Positions 16,710 to 27,006 of a DNA stretch of 64,000 nucleotides are shown one piece after another. Made by a program: the position numbers and the translations under genes. How positions within the stretch are numbered: position 1 is the stretch's first letter; every line of letters starts with the position of its first letter. This stretch comes from Eubacteriales bacterium (GTDB lineage Bacteria > Bacillota > Clostridia > Lachnospirales > JAVBJQ01): positions 15,589-79,588 of the forward strand of contig JAVBJQ010000046.1 of assembly GCA_031546905.1 (NCBI GenBank), in the 5' to 3' direction. The notes under the pieces are model-generated. The model saw only the letters and a program-made list of their open reading frames with translations, was not told the DNA's origin and ran no database searches.

Positions 16710-17243
16710 GTGGTAGTTTTGGATAATTGGAAAGGCAAATTAAATAATATTACAAAAACCTTAACAAAAACATCAGGCGAACTTATAAAAACTACAAAAA
16801 TAAGTTTGGAAGTTGCCAATGAAGAGGAAAACTTAAAATCTTTATATGTGGATATTGGTAAAAAAGTACATGAAATTTATTTGTATGGTGGCAGTTTAGG
16901 AAAGTTTTTTGATGAGAAATATCAAGAAATTATTAGGTTAGAAAGTAAATTAAATGAGCTGAAAGGTAGACTTTCGGATATAAAAGGAACGTTTCCTTGC
17001 CCAAAGTGTGGAAAAGTAATTGAAAAAAATTCTGAGTTTTGCCCTAAATGTGGTTTAAAAATTTCAGAAAAACTTATTTTGGAAACTTCTGTAGTCACGG
17101 AGAGCGTGGAAACACAGCCAGAAATAATAAAACCATATGAAGTATCGGAAGCACCAACGGAAGAAGGTAAGATTTGCCCTATTTGTGGTTCGAAAAATAA
17201 TAAATCAAGCACTTACTGTTTATCTTGTGGAAGAATAATATAA
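16710..17243 (+). CDS. Coiled-coil plus double zinc-ribbon protein (hypothetical)
   Basis: 'CPKCG...CPKCG' and 'CPICG...CLSCG' CxxC pairs follow an N-terminal helical region. Confidence 0.65.
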   Translation: MVVLDNWKGKLNNITKTLTKTSGELIKTTKISLEVANEEENLKSLYVDIGKKVHEIYLYGGSLGKFFDEKYQEIIRLESKLNELKGRLSDIKGTFPCPKCGKVIEKNSEFCPKCGLKISEKLILETSVVTESVETQPEIIKPYEVSEAPTEEGKICPICGSKNNKSSTYCLSCGRII

Positions 17244-17262
17244 TTTTAAGAGGTTTATTATT

Positions 17263-17754
17263 ATGAATTTTGTGGATAATATAAAAGGAAATTTTGTAGA
17301 CGCTTTTGAAAAGGTTGGCACAAAGGCAAAAGAAAAAATTGATGTTACAAAGCTTGAAATTAAAATTAAATCATATAATAAAGATATTGAAGCGTTAATG
17401 ATTGAAATAGGTTCTCTTACTTATAAAAGTGTCAAAAACAAAAGCGATATGAGTACAGAAAAAATTTCAGAACTTTGTAGCGTTATTGATAATCGCAAAC
17501 AAAAAGTAAGGGATACGGAAAATCAAATTAAACAAATTAAGTTTACGAACACACAAAAGAAAAATACCGAAGAATATAAAGATATTAATATTGATGATTC
17601 TGATTATTCTAAATTAAATAAAAAAGAAGATGATTTTAAACTGCAACGAACCGAAGAAGGAATTCAAATTTTAAAGTTTTGCCCTTCTTGCCATGCAGGT
17701 AACAAACAATCAGAAGCGTGTTGCATTAACTGTGGGCATTCTTTTATGCCTTGA
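17263..17754 (+). CDS. Coiled-coil plus zinc-ribbon protein (hypothetical, same architecture as the preceding gene)
   Basis: N-terminal helical region, then 'CPSCH...CINCG'. Confidence 0.65.
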   Translation: MNFVDNIKGNFVDAFEKVGTKAKEKIDVTKLEIKIKSYNKDIEALMIEIGSLTYKSVKNKSDMSTEKISELCSVIDNRKQKVRDTENQIKQIKFTNTQKKNTEEYKDINIDDSDYSKLNKKEDDFKLQRTEEGIQILKFCPSCHAGNKQSEACCINCGHSFMP

Positions 17755-17917
17755 AATTATTTTATAGCGGTTTATCAAAATTTCCTCCATGGAACGTTAA
17801 ATCGCTATAAGATATTTTTTTAAAATGAAAACTAGCAACCAATGAGCTTGTTGGCTAATAAAACGTAGTATTAGCCGTAATAACGATTACAGTCACTAAA
17901 AGATAGGAGTGAAAAAT

Positions 17918-18424
17918 ATGAATTGTGAAAAATGTCAAAAAAATGTTGCAACGGTTCATTTAACACAAATTATAAATGGCGAGAAAACAGAACGTCATTT
18001 ATGCGACAAATGTGCAGATCCTTCCAGCTTTGATGATGCTATTTCATTTCAAAAATTTTTTCAAGGGCTTATTGATATGAGTGTTGGTTTCAGCAAGTCC
18101 TATGAGCAAGTAAATGAAAAAAATACGCCTATGTGTAAAACTTGTGGGCTAACATTTGAAGGATTTAGAAAAACTTCAAAACTTGGCTGTGCAGACTGTT
18201 ACCAAGCATTTAGACCACAACTTGATAAAATTTTAAAAAATATTCATGGAAGCAACCATAACATTGGCAAGTTTCCCCAAAGGTCGGGAGCAAAATTGCT
18301 GGCAAAGCGAGACCTTGAAAATTTAAAAAAACAATTAAGAATATCCATAGAAAAAGAAGAATACGAAGAAGCAGCAAAATATAGAGATAAAATTAAAGCG
18401 TTAGAGGGGGATATGAATGAATAA
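17918..18424 (+). CDS. mcsA: McsA (zinc-finger / UVR-motif activator of McsB)
   Basis: Four CxxC pairs ('CEKCQ','CDKCA','CKTCG','CADCY') and the UVR motif 'EEYEEAAKYRDKIKAL'. ATG at 17918 lies 8 nt after AGGAG. Confidence 0.85.
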   Translation: MNCEKCQKNVATVHLTQIINGEKTERHLCDKCADPSSFDDAISFQKFFQGLIDMSVGFSKSYEQVNEKNTPMCKTCGLTFEGFRKTSKLGCADCYQAFRPQLDKILKNIHGSNHNIGKFPQRSGAKLLAKRDLENLKKQLRISIEKEEYEEAAKYRDKIKALEGDMNE

Positions 18425-19448
18425 ATGGTATATGAATGATAATATCGATTCTGGTGTTGTTTTATCAAGTAGAATACGCTTGGCACGAAATGTTACCAAA
18501 TATCCTTTTTCTATTTTAATGAATGATGAACAGGCAGATCATATGATTGATGAAGTGAAAAGTTCTATTATCAATGAAAGAAATCCTTTGGGAGCCCAAT
18601 TTAATTATATCAATCTAAAAGATGTTACAGACAATGAAAAACATATGTTGATGGAAAGACATGTTATTAGCCCTGAATTAGTAAATAAAAAACAAGTATC
18701 ATCAGTTTTAATTAAAAATGATGAGTCACTAAGTATTATGCTAAATGAAGAAGACCATATTAGAATACAATCTATTTTTGTTGGAGATAATATGGAACAT
18801 GCGTGGGGGTTAGCAAACAAATTAGATGACCTAATAGAAGAGACGGTACAATATGCTTTTGACAAAGATTATGGCTATTTATCCTCTTGTCCAACCAACA
18901 CAGGGACTGGGTTAAGAGCATCTTATATGCTTCATATGCCAATGCTTGAATCCACTGGTCAGTTAAAAAACATTTTACAGGCCATCACAAAATTTGGCAT
19001 AACCTTGAGAGGGATTTATGGAGAAGGAACCGAGCCGTTAGGAAGTATCTACCAAATTTCAAATCAAGTTACATTGGGACAGTCAGAAGAAGAAATTATG
19101 AATAATTTGAAAAATATTACAAATCAAATTATTGAGCAAGAACTTAGAATTGCAGAAAAAATTTTAAGAGAACAAAAATCAATCATTGAAGATAAAGTGT
19201 ACCGATGTTATGGAATTTTGACATATGCCAGAAGAATGAATGTAAGTGAGGCTATGGGGTTGCTTTCAACCCTGCGAATTGGTTATATGAATCATTTAAT
19301 AGATTTGCCCAAGCCAAAAACAAATATTTATAATATTATGATTCATATTCAACAAGGCAATATGATGAGTAAACTGGGAAATGATTTCACAGAAGAAGCA
19401 GCAGATATCAAAAGAGCAGATTTTATTAAAGAAATGTTTTTACAATAA
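18417..19448 (+). CDS. mcsB: Protein arginine kinase McsB
   Basis: ATP:guanido phosphotransferase signature 'CPTNTGTGLRAS'. Overlaps the mcsA stop (ATGAATGAATAA). Confidence 0.9.
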   Translation: MNKWYMNDNIDSGVVLSSRIRLARNVTKYPFSILMNDEQADHMIDEVKSSIINERNPLGAQFNYINLKDVTDNEKHMLMERHVISPELVNKKQVSSVLIKNDESLSIMLNEEDHIRIQSIFVGDNMEHAWGLANKLDDLIEETVQYAFDKDYGYLSSCPTNTGTGLRASYMLHMPMLESTGQLKNILQAITKFGITLRGIYGEGTEPLGSIYQISNQVTLGQSEEEIMNNLKNITNQIIEQELRIAEKILREQKSIIEDKVYRCYGILTYARRMNVSEAMGLLSTLRIGYMNHLIDLPKPKTNIYNIMIHIQQGNMMSKLGNDFTEEAADIKRADFIKEMFLQ

Positions 19449-19522
19449 CTATATTTTTTCGAAGCTGCGGTTGCAGTTTCGAAAAAATTTTACGATTAAT
19501 TGAAAATAAAGGAGGAATACAT

Positions 19523-21970
19523 ATGCAAGGGAAATTTACAGAACGAGCAAAAGAAGTTATTGAAAGGTCACAAGAAGCAGCAACTGAGCTTTCTCATGAC
19601 TATGTTGGCACAGAGCATTTGCTTTTAGGGCTAATAAGGGTGAGAGGATCCGTTGCTTCAAAAGCATTAGAAAATCAAGGATTAAAAGAAAAAGATATTA
19701 TAGAAAAAATTACACAACTAACCGAAGTTACTAATGCGTCCACCTTAAGTGCTCATATTGATTTTACACCAAGAACAAAAAGGGTACTTGAAATGAGCTT
19801 GCAAGAAGCTGTGAGAACAGGAACAAATTATATTGGAACAGAACATTTATTATTAGCATTATTAAGAGAAACAGATAGTGTTGCAGTAAGAATTATTTCA
19901 ACCTTAAATGTTCAAGTACAAAAATTGTATGATGAAATTTTAAATATGCTTGGTGGAGACAATGATAAGTCTAATGGTATTTCACCAATGGGCAAAAAAA
20001 TAAATAATCACAATGGACGAACAAATACACCCATGTTAGATCAGTTTAGTAGAGATTTTACAAGAATGGCGGGAGAGGAAAAATTTGACCCAATTATCGG
20101 CCGTGAAAAAGAAATTGAAAGAGTCATACAAATTTTAAGCCGACGTTCCAAAAATAATCCTTGTTTAGTAGGTGACCCTGGCGTTGGTAAAACAGCTATT
20201 ATCGAAGGCCTTGCTCAAAAAATAATCAAAGGGAATGTTCCCGAAATATTAAAAAACAAGAGAGTAGTATCCTTAGATTTGTCTGCTATGGTTGCAGGTT
20301 CAAAATATCGTGGAGAATTTGAGGATCGAATTAAAAAAGTAATTGAAGAAATTAAAAATTCAAACAATATTATTCTTTTTATAGATGAACTCCATACCAT
20401 TATTGGTGCTGGAGCAGCGGAGGGGGCGATTGATGCCTCTAATATTTTAAAGCCATCCCTTGCTCGTGGAGAAATGCAGGTAGTTGGGGCGACCACCATG
20501 TCTGAATATAGAAAATATATTGAAAAAGACGCTGCTCTCGAAAGAAGATTTCAACCAGTAAAAGTAAATGAGCCACAAGAAGACGAAGCGATTGAAATGA
20601 TAAAAGGATTAAGAGATAAATATGAGGCACATCATCGGGTTCAAATTACAGATGCTGCCATTGTTGCATCTGTTACATTAGCGAACAGATATATTACAGA
20701 CCGATTCCTTCCAGATAAAGCAATAGACTTATTAGATGAAGCTGCTTCAAAAGTAAGGTTGAGAACATATACAGCTCCACCAAATGTAAAAGATTTAGAA
20801 GATAAGCTAAAAGATTTAGAAAAAGAAAAAGAATCTGCTATTAGAACCGAGGAATTTGAAAAAGCAGGGATTATGAAAGGCAAGCAAAACGAAATTAAAA
20901 AGCAACTTGCAGAAGCAAAAAAGGAATGGGAAGAAAAAAATACAAAATCAACACAAATTGTGGATGAAGAAGAAATTGCAGATATTGTTGCAAGTTGGAC
21001 TGGTATCCCTGTTAAGAAGCTTCAAAACGAAGAAAGCAAGCGTCTTATGGATATGGAAGAAACATTGCATAAGCGGGTAATTGGTCAAGATGAAGCTGTA
21101 AAAAGTATTTCAAAAGCAATAAGGCGTGGGAGAGTGGGGTTAAAAGACCCAAACCGACCAATTGGTTCTTTTATGTTTTTGGGACCGACAGGTGTTGGAA
21201 AAACTGAACTTTGCAAAGCACTTTCAGAAGTGTTGTTTGGAACAGAAGATTCTATTATACGAGTTGATATGTCTGAATATATGGAGAAGCATAGTGTTTC
21301 AAAATTAATTGGTTCACCACCAGGGTACGTTGGATTTGAAGAAGGCGGGCAATTAAGTGAAAAAGTAAGAAGAAAACCTTATTCCGTTATTTTGTTTGAT
21401 GAAGTGGAAAAAGCAAACCCTGACGTATTTAATATTTTGCTACAAGTGCTTGACGACGGTCATATTACAGATTCACAAGGACGTAAAGTTGATTTTAAAA
21501 ATACAGTTATTATTATGACTTCTAACGCAGGGGCAAAAAGTATTGTTTCTCCTAAGAAGTTAGGATTCTTGACTTCGGAAGATGAAAAAAGAAATTATGA
21601 TGACATGAAAAAAAATGTAATGGACGAAGTAAAACATATTTTCAGACCAGAATTTTTAAATAGAATTGATGATATTATTGTTTTTCATGCCCTTGATAAA
21701 GACCACATTAAACAAATTGTTCGATTAATGATTGACAAGTCAATAGAAAGAATCAAGCAAAATATTGGCATCGAAGTTTCGATTAGTGATGCTGCAATTG
21801 AATTTATTGCAAAAGAAGGATTTGATCCTGTTTATGGTGCGAGACCTCTTAAAAGAGCCATTCAATCAAAAGTGGAAGATGCTTTTGCAGAAAATATTTT
21901 AGATGGAAAGTGTAAAGAGGGCGACACGGTTTTCATTGATTACAAAGATAATCAAATTACATTCTCATAA
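19523..21970 (+). CDS. clpC: ATP-dependent Clp protease ATP-binding subunit ClpC
   Basis: Two Clp_N repeats, Walker A 'GDPGVGKT' and 'GPTGVGKT', a UVR-like linker, and position downstream of mcsA-mcsB. Confidence 0.95.
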   Translation: MQGKFTERAKEVIERSQEAATELSHDYVGTEHLLLGLIRVRGSVASKALENQGLKEKDIIEKITQLTEVTNASTLSAHIDFTPRTKRVLEMSLQEAVRTGTNYIGTEHLLLALLRETDSVAVRIISTLNVQVQKLYDEILNMLGGDNDKSNGISPMGKKINNHNGRTNTPMLDQFSRDFTRMAGEEKFDPIIGREKEIERVIQILSRRSKNNPCLVGDPGVGKTAIIEGLAQKIIKGNVPEILKNKRVVSLDLSAMVAGSKYRGEFEDRIKKVIEEIKNSNNIILFIDELHTIIGAGAAEGAIDASNILKPSLARGEMQVVGATTMSEYRKYIEKDAALERRFQPVKVNEPQEDEAIEMIKGLRDKYEAHHRVQITDAAIVASVTLANRYITDRFLPDKAIDLLDEAASKVRLRTYTAPPNVKDLEDKLKDLEKEKESAIRTEEFEKAGIMKGKQNEIKKQLAEAKKEWEEKNTKSTQIVDEEEIADIVASWTGIPVKKLQNEESKRLMDMEETLHKRVIGQDEAVKSISKAIRRGRVGLKDPNRPIGSFMFLGPTGVGKTELCKALSEVLFGTEDSIIRVDMSEYMEKHSVSKLIGSPPGYVGFEEGGQLSEKVRRKPYSVILFDEVEKANPDVFNILLQVLDDGHITDSQGRKVDFKNTVIIMTSNAGAKSIVSPKKLGFLTSEDEKRNYDDMKKNVMDEVKHIFRPEFLNRIDDIIVFHALDKDHIKQIVRLMIDKSIERIKQNIGIEVSISDAAIEFIAKEGFDPVYGARPLKRAIQSKVEDAFAENILDGKCKEGDTVFIDYKDNQITFS

Positions 21971-21976
21971 AATGGG

Positions 21977-22022
21977 AGGGTTTGATGAAACTTTTTTTAA
22001 AAAGTTTCATCAAACCCTTTTA
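21977..22022 (+). terminator. Rho-independent terminator
   Basis: 18-bp stem AGGGTTTGATGAAACTTT / AAAGTTTCATCAAACCCT followed by T residues. Confidence 0.8.
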
Positions 22023-22064
22023 ATTTTTTTTATCTTTATGTTATAATGAGAAAAATTTTTAATA

Positions 22065-23411
22065 ATGGAGTGTGTATGCGTGGAAAATAAGTTGACAGCT
22101 GATGATGTAAGAAGAATAGTAGTGGAAAAGAAAATTGATTTTATTAGACTTCAATTTGTTGATATTTTTGGAACTATGAAAAATATTGCCATAACAGTTG
22201 ACGAACTTGAAAAAGCTTTATCCAACAAAGCGATGTTTGATGGTTCTTCCATTGAAGGTTTTGTGAGAATCGAGGAGTCGGATATGTATTTACGTCCTGA
22301 CCCTTCAACGTTTACTATTTTACCATGGTTTGATGAACATAAAATTGCAAGAATGATTTGTGATATTTATAGACCAGATGGAACTCCATTTGAGGGTGAC
22401 CCACGATATGTGTTAAGAAGAACCATTCAAGAAGCTGAAAAAATGGGATATAATTTTTGTGTTGGTCCTGAATGTGAATTTTTCCTTTTTCAAACAGATG
22501 AAAATGATTATCCTACAACAAAAACCCATGACAAAGCGTCTTATTTTGATTTAGCTCCTATTGACAGAGGCGAAATAGCAAGAATTAATATGGTAAAAAC
22601 TTTAATGGAAATGGGTTTTAAAATTGAAGCCGCTCATCATGAAAATGCTCCAGGGCAACATGAAATTGATTTTAAATATAGTGATGCCCTTAGTGCAGCA
22701 GACAATATTGTAACATTTAAATTGGTTGTAAAAGTAGTTGCTAAAAAAAGCGGACTTCATGCAACCTTTATGCCAAAACCTGTGAATAATGAATGTGGTT
22801 CTGGTATGCACTGTAATATGTCTTTATTTAAAGATGGAGAAAATGTTTTTTATGATCCAAATGATAAAAATGGTTTATCACAAGAAGCGTACTATTTTAT
22901 TGGTGGCTTGATGAAACATGCAAAGGCCATGACTGCTATTACAAATCCATTGGTTAATTCCTATAAGCGATTGGTTCCAGGGTATGAAGCACCAGTTTAT
23001 ATTGCATGGTCTGCTGCAAATAGAAGCCCACTTATTAGAATCCCTGTTGCAAGAGGTGTAGGAACAAGAATTGAATTAAGACATCCAGACCCTTCTTGTA
23101 ATCCATATTTAGCCCTTGCAGTTATGTTAAATGCTGGTCTTGACGGTATTAAAAACAAAATAGAACCACCACAAAATACAACACAAAACATATTCCATAT
23201 GTCTAACGATGAGCTTGAAGAAACAGGAATCGACAAACTTCCAGGTGACTTAGAAGAAGCAATTGGAGAACTTTTAAAAGATGAATTTGTAAAAGAAACA
23301 TTAGGAAAGCACGTGTTAGACAATTATGTAAAAGCAAAAAAAATAGAATGGGATGACTACAGAACAAAAGTTCATCAATGGGAAATTGACAGGTACATTT
23401 CAAACTATTAA
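22065..23411 (+). CDS. glnA: Glutamine synthetase, type I
   Basis: Full-length GlnA-like sequence ('FDGSSIEGF', 'GPECEFFLF', '[13 protein letters not shown]', '[16 protein letters not shown]', '[13 protein letters not shown]'). The true start may be the GTG at 22080. Confidence 0.92.
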   Translation: MECVCVENKLTADDVRRIVVEKKIDFIRLQFVDIFGTMKNIAITVDELEKALSNKAMFDGSSIEGFVRIEESDMYLRPDPSTFTILPWFDEHKIARMICDIYRPDGTPFEGDPRYVLRRTIQEAEKMGYNFCVGPECEFFLFQTDENDYPTTKTHDKASYFDLAPIDRGEIARINMVKTLMEMGFKIEAAHHENAPGQHEIDFKYSDALSAADNIVTFKLVVKVVAKKSGLHATFMPKPVNNECGSGMHCNMSLFKDGENVFYDPNDKNGLSQEAYYFIGGLMKHAKAMTAITNPLVNSYKRLVPGYEAPVYIAWSAANRSPLIRIPVARGVGTRIELRHPDPSCNPYLALAVMLNAGLDGIKNKIEPPQNTTQNIFHMSNDELEETGIDKLPGDLEEAIGELLKDEFVKETLGKHVLDNYVKAKKIEWDDYRTKVHQWEIDRYISNY

Positions 23412-23465
23412 AAAGTAAGGCATAAGCAGTACATAATAAAAATCCATAATATTCATTTTTAAAAA

Positions 23466-23489
23466 TAGCGTGCAATTTTTTGCACGCTA
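23466..23489 (+). terminator. Hairpin downstream of glnA (weak T-tract)
   Basis: TAGCGTGCAA / TTGCACGCTA stem; the T-run lies inside the loop rather than after the stem. Confidence 0.4.
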
Positions 23490-23600
23490 CATTTATATTG
23501 ATAAAAAAGATAATAATAAAGAAAAGTATATGGTATAGTTGCTAAGAATACTAATCAATATTGTTCGAAAGGACGCTGTTGATTAGTGAGGGAGGTCTTT

Positions 23601-24872
23601 ATGAGTTACAATAAATTATATGATACAGACGAAGATACGGAAAAAGTAATTTTAGTTGGCGTAGAAAAAAGTTCAGCTTTGCTTGATATGGAGTCATCCT
23701 TAGACGAATTAGGAGAACTTGCACGGACAGCTGGGGCTGTAGTTGTGGGTAGAATTTCTCAAAAACGTGATGCTATTAGCAGAACTTACTATGTTGGCAA
23801 AGGAAAAGTAGAGGAAATAAAAAAAGCAATTGAAGAAAATGAAGCAACGGGAATTATTTGTGATGATGAGTTATCATCTGTGCAAATAAAAAATTTGGAA
23901 CAAATGTTAGAAGTCAAAATAATGGATAGAACCATGTTGATTCTTGATATTTTTGCCCATAGAGCAAGCTCAAGTGAAGGTAAGATTCAAGTGGAACTTG
24001 CGCAATTGCGATATAACCTTTCTCATTTAGCGGGCTATGGTAATATGCTTTCTAGGCTTGGGGGCGGCATTGGAACAAGAGGCCCTGGAGAAAAAAAGCT
24101 AGAAATGGATAGACGATATATTAAAGACCGAATTTCAGAGTTAAAAAGTGAATTAGAAGAAATAAAAACCCACAGACAAGTTATGCGTGGAAAAAGACAA
24201 GGCAACAATGCAATTATCGTATCCATGATTGGGTATACCAATGCAGGAAAATCTACGATTTTGAACTATTATACCAATGCTGGTGTTTTAGCAGAAGACA
24301 AACTTTTTGCTACGCTTGATACGACAACAAGAAAATTAAGTTTGCCAAATGGATCTGAGGTTTTATTAACCGATACAGTTGGATTTATTCAAAAGCTTCC
24401 TCATCAATTAATCAGAGCTTTTCATGCAACCCTTGAAGAACTTTTGCATGCTGATATACTACTTCATATTGTAGATTCTTCTAATAAAAATAGAGAAGAA
24501 CAAATGGAAGTAGTGTATAATACGATAAAACAATTGGAATATACCAACATTCCAATCGTTACTGTTTACAACAAAATCGACTTAGATGTCGAATTACCGT
24601 TTAAAGAGGACTTAAATGCCTACAGTTCTATGGGTGTTTCTGCCAAAACAGGAGCAGGAATGGAGAATTTATTGTCGTTAATTGAAGATATTTTGAAGAA
24701 TAAGCGAAGTGAAAAATCCATTCTCATTCCGTATTCCCAAGGACATCTGATTGGTAGCATCCACTCAAAGTGTGAGATTATATCAGAGGAACACACTGAA
24801 AATGGCTATTTAATTAAGGCTTATCTTGGTGACGAATTAAAGAATAAATTGTCTCCCTTTATTTTAGAGTGA
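23601..24872 (+). CDS. hflX: GTPase HflX
   Basis: HflX N-domain followed by G1 'GYTNAGKST', G3 'DTVGF' and G4 'NKID'. ATG at 23601 lies 5 nt after GGGAGG; the track start is the GTG at 23586. Confidence 0.9.
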   Translation: MSYNKLYDTDEDTEKVILVGVEKSSALLDMESSLDELGELARTAGAVVVGRISQKRDAISRTYYVGKGKVEEIKKAIEENEATGIICDDELSSVQIKNLEQMLEVKIMDRTMLILDIFAHRASSSEGKIQVELAQLRYNLSHLAGYGNMLSRLGGGIGTRGPGEKKLEMDRRYIKDRISELKSELEEIKTHRQVMRGKRQGNNAIIVSMIGYTNAGKSTILNYYTNAGVLAEDKLFATLDTTTRKLSLPNGSEVLLTDTVGFIQKLPHQLIRAFHATLEELLHADILLHIVDSSNKNREEQMEVVYNTIKQLEYTNIPIVTVYNKIDLDVELPFKEDLNAYSSMGVSAKTGAGMENLLSLIEDILKNKRSEKSILIPYSQGHLIGSIHSKCEIISEEHTENGYLIKAYLGDELKNKLSPFILE

Positions 24873-25027
24873 TTTCGACAATTGTTTTGTTTTTTGTGTC
24901 GAATATAACCGTTATAGTTCGAAAACTGCGTTTTTATTTTGTAGTAATAAGACATACTCTCTTGTATAATTATGTTTGTAAGATGCTGTAAATAAACATA
25001 GTAATTTATTCTTTAGGGGGTATTTTT

Positions 25028-25309
25028 GTGGAATATAAGTTATTAATGGGAAATAGGATTTTAAAAAATGAGAACGAACAAAGTTGGTCGTTAAATTACT
25101 ATTTAACAAAAAATAATTTAGCAGATTGTTTATGGGGTGTTGAGATCTATAAAGAGTCGAATTCTTCTGATGGATATTCCAATGAAAATGAAGTGCAAAG
25201 TTATTTTATTTCTGAATCACGTGTAGACGTGGAAAATATAATTTATAAGCTAATGGAAAATATGGTTACACCAATTTCATTAGGGGAAGTTCTCGATGAT
25301 TTATGTTAA
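25028..25309 (+). CDS. Hypothetical small protein (93 aa)
   Basis: GTG start lies 7 nt after the RBS AGGGGG. I recognise no motif. Confidence 0.5.
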   Translation: MEYKLLMGNRILKNENEQSWSLNYYLTKNNLADCLWGVEIYKESNSSDGYSNENEVQSYFISESRVDVENIIYKLMENMVTPISLGEVLDDLC

Positions 25310-25444
25310 AGCATATTTGAAAAATCTGATTTTTAGGAACATAGAATATCAACACGATACTGGCTGGTTTTATATATTTTATTCCCTCTATTTAGATTGA
25401 AAATCTTTCGGAATGAATTTTCAAATATACGACACTGTTACATG

Positions 25445-25477
25445 ACTGTTTTGAATTAAATTCAAGACAGTTTTTTT
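25445..25477 (+). terminator. Rho-independent terminator
   Basis: ACTGTTTTGAAT / ATTCAAGACAGT stem followed by TTTTTTT. Confidence 0.7.
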
Positions 25478-25619
25478 ATTGTCTAACTTCTAATTGTCAT
25501 TGAAAAATTCCTATGATATACTGAAACACAAGTTACAGCGGTTTCATTTTCTTCAGATTTGTTAAACTGTATACGATGACGATTAAGGATAATAATTTTT
25601 ATTGCAAGGAGTGATTTTA

Positions 25620-27002
25620 TTGTTAGACAAAGCGTTGATTTATGATGTTTTAACAGAAAGCTTATCGACAGGTGGAGACTTCGCCGAAATTTTTGTGGAG
25701 AATAATTTAAAAAACAATATTTCTATGGTCAATGGAATCGTAGAAAAATCATTATCAGGAATTGATTATGGTGTTGGAATAAGGGTTTTTGATGGATACA
25801 ATGCAGTTTATGTTTATACAAATGATACAAGTCGCGAAAACTTGCTGCAGGTAGCACGTAATGCTTCCATTGCAGTGAAAAAAAATCAAATAACAAAAGT
25901 TTTGAATTTTTTAAATTACGAATATGAAAATATAAATAAAATAAAAATGCTACCATCTGATGTTGAGAAAAAACGAAAAGTAGAAATAATGAGAATTGCA
26001 AGTAATGCTGCTTTTCAATATGATTCTTGTATTACAGAAACAACAATTAATTATGCTGATAGCACCCAAGATGTTTTAATCGCAAACTCAGAAGGGGTTT
26101 TTGTTACAGATAGACGTGTAAGAACAAGACTTGCCATGGAAGCCATTGCCTCGTCAGAAACAGAAAAACAAAGTGGTTTTTGGGGACCAGGAGCAAGCAT
26201 GGGATTTGAACTTTTTGATAAAATTGACGTGACAGAATATGCAAAAGATGCGGCCCGTTCAGCCGTTACCATGCTGAAGGCAAAGTTCTGTCCTAGTGGA
26301 ACGATGCCAGTTATTATTGACAATGGTTTTGGTGGGGTTATTTTTCATGAGGCTTGCGGTCATAGTTTGGAAGCAACTGCTGTTGCCAAAAAAGCTTCTG
26401 TTTTTACAGATAAAATGGGACAACAAATTGCAAGCAGTTGTGTTTCTGCAGTAGACGATGGAACCCTAAGCAATGAATGGGGTACTTTAAACGTAGATGA
26501 TGAAGGAACAAAGACCCAACGAAACCTTTTAATTGAAAATGGTATTTTAAAATCATATTTAGTAGATAAATTAAATGGCAAAAAAATGAATATGAAGTCA
26601 ACAGGTTCATCACGTAGAGAGTCCTATCGCTATGCTCCCACATCCAGGATGAATAATACTTTTATTTTAGATGGCAAGGATAATAAAGAGGATATTATTG
26701 CCAATACAGAAAATGGACTTTACGCTAAGTATATGGGTGGCGGTTCTGTGAATCCTGGAACAGGTGATTTTAACTTTTCTGTAAGGGAAGCCTATTTAAT
26801 TAAAAATGGAAAAATTGGGGAGCCTGTAAGAGGAGCAACCCTGATTGGAAAAGGTTCAGAAGTTTTAATGAATATTGATAAAGTAGCCAATAATCTTTCT
26901 CAAGCACAAGGAATGTGTGGCTCGGTTAGTGGGTCTATTCCAACCAATGTAGGCCAACCATTGATACGTGTGAAACAACTAACAGTTGGAGGAAGGGGGT
27001 AA
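25620..27002 (+). CDS. tldD: TldD-family metalloprotease
   Basis: 'HEACGH' zinc motif and the PmbA/TldD fold. TTG at 25620 lies 8 nt after AAGGAG; the track start is 25602. Confidence 0.88.
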   Translation: MLDKALIYDVLTESLSTGGDFAEIFVENNLKNNISMVNGIVEKSLSGIDYGVGIRVFDGYNAVYVYTNDTSRENLLQVARNASIAVKKNQITKVLNFLNYEYENINKIKMLPSDVEKKRKVEIMRIASNAAFQYDSCITETTINYADSTQDVLIANSEGVFVTDRRVRTRLAMEAIASSETEKQSGFWGPGASMGFELFDKIDVTEYAKDAARSAVTMLKAKFCPSGTMPVIIDNGFGGVIFHEACGHSLEATAVAKKASVFTDKMGQQIASSCVSAVDDGTLSNEWGTLNVDDEGTKTQRNLLIENGILKSYLVDKLNGKKMNMKSTGSSRRESYRYAPTSRMNNTFILDGKDNKEDIIANTENGLYAKYMGGGSVNPGTGDFNFSVREAYLIKNGKIGEPVRGATLIGKGSEVLMNIDKVANNLSQAQGMCGSVSGSIPTNVGQPLIRVKQLTVGGRG

Positions 27003-27006
27003 GGTG

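Noticed and set aside
17755-17917. CtsR operator upstream of mcsA
   Set aside because: There is no (A/G)GTCAAA direct repeat. The nearest resemblance, 'AGTCACTAAAAGATAGG', does not fit the heptad repeat.
21971-22064. Glutamine riboswitch or T-box in front of glnA
   Set aside because: The interval is almost entirely the clpC terminator plus a short AT-rich promoter. There is no room for a structured leader and no sequence resembling one.
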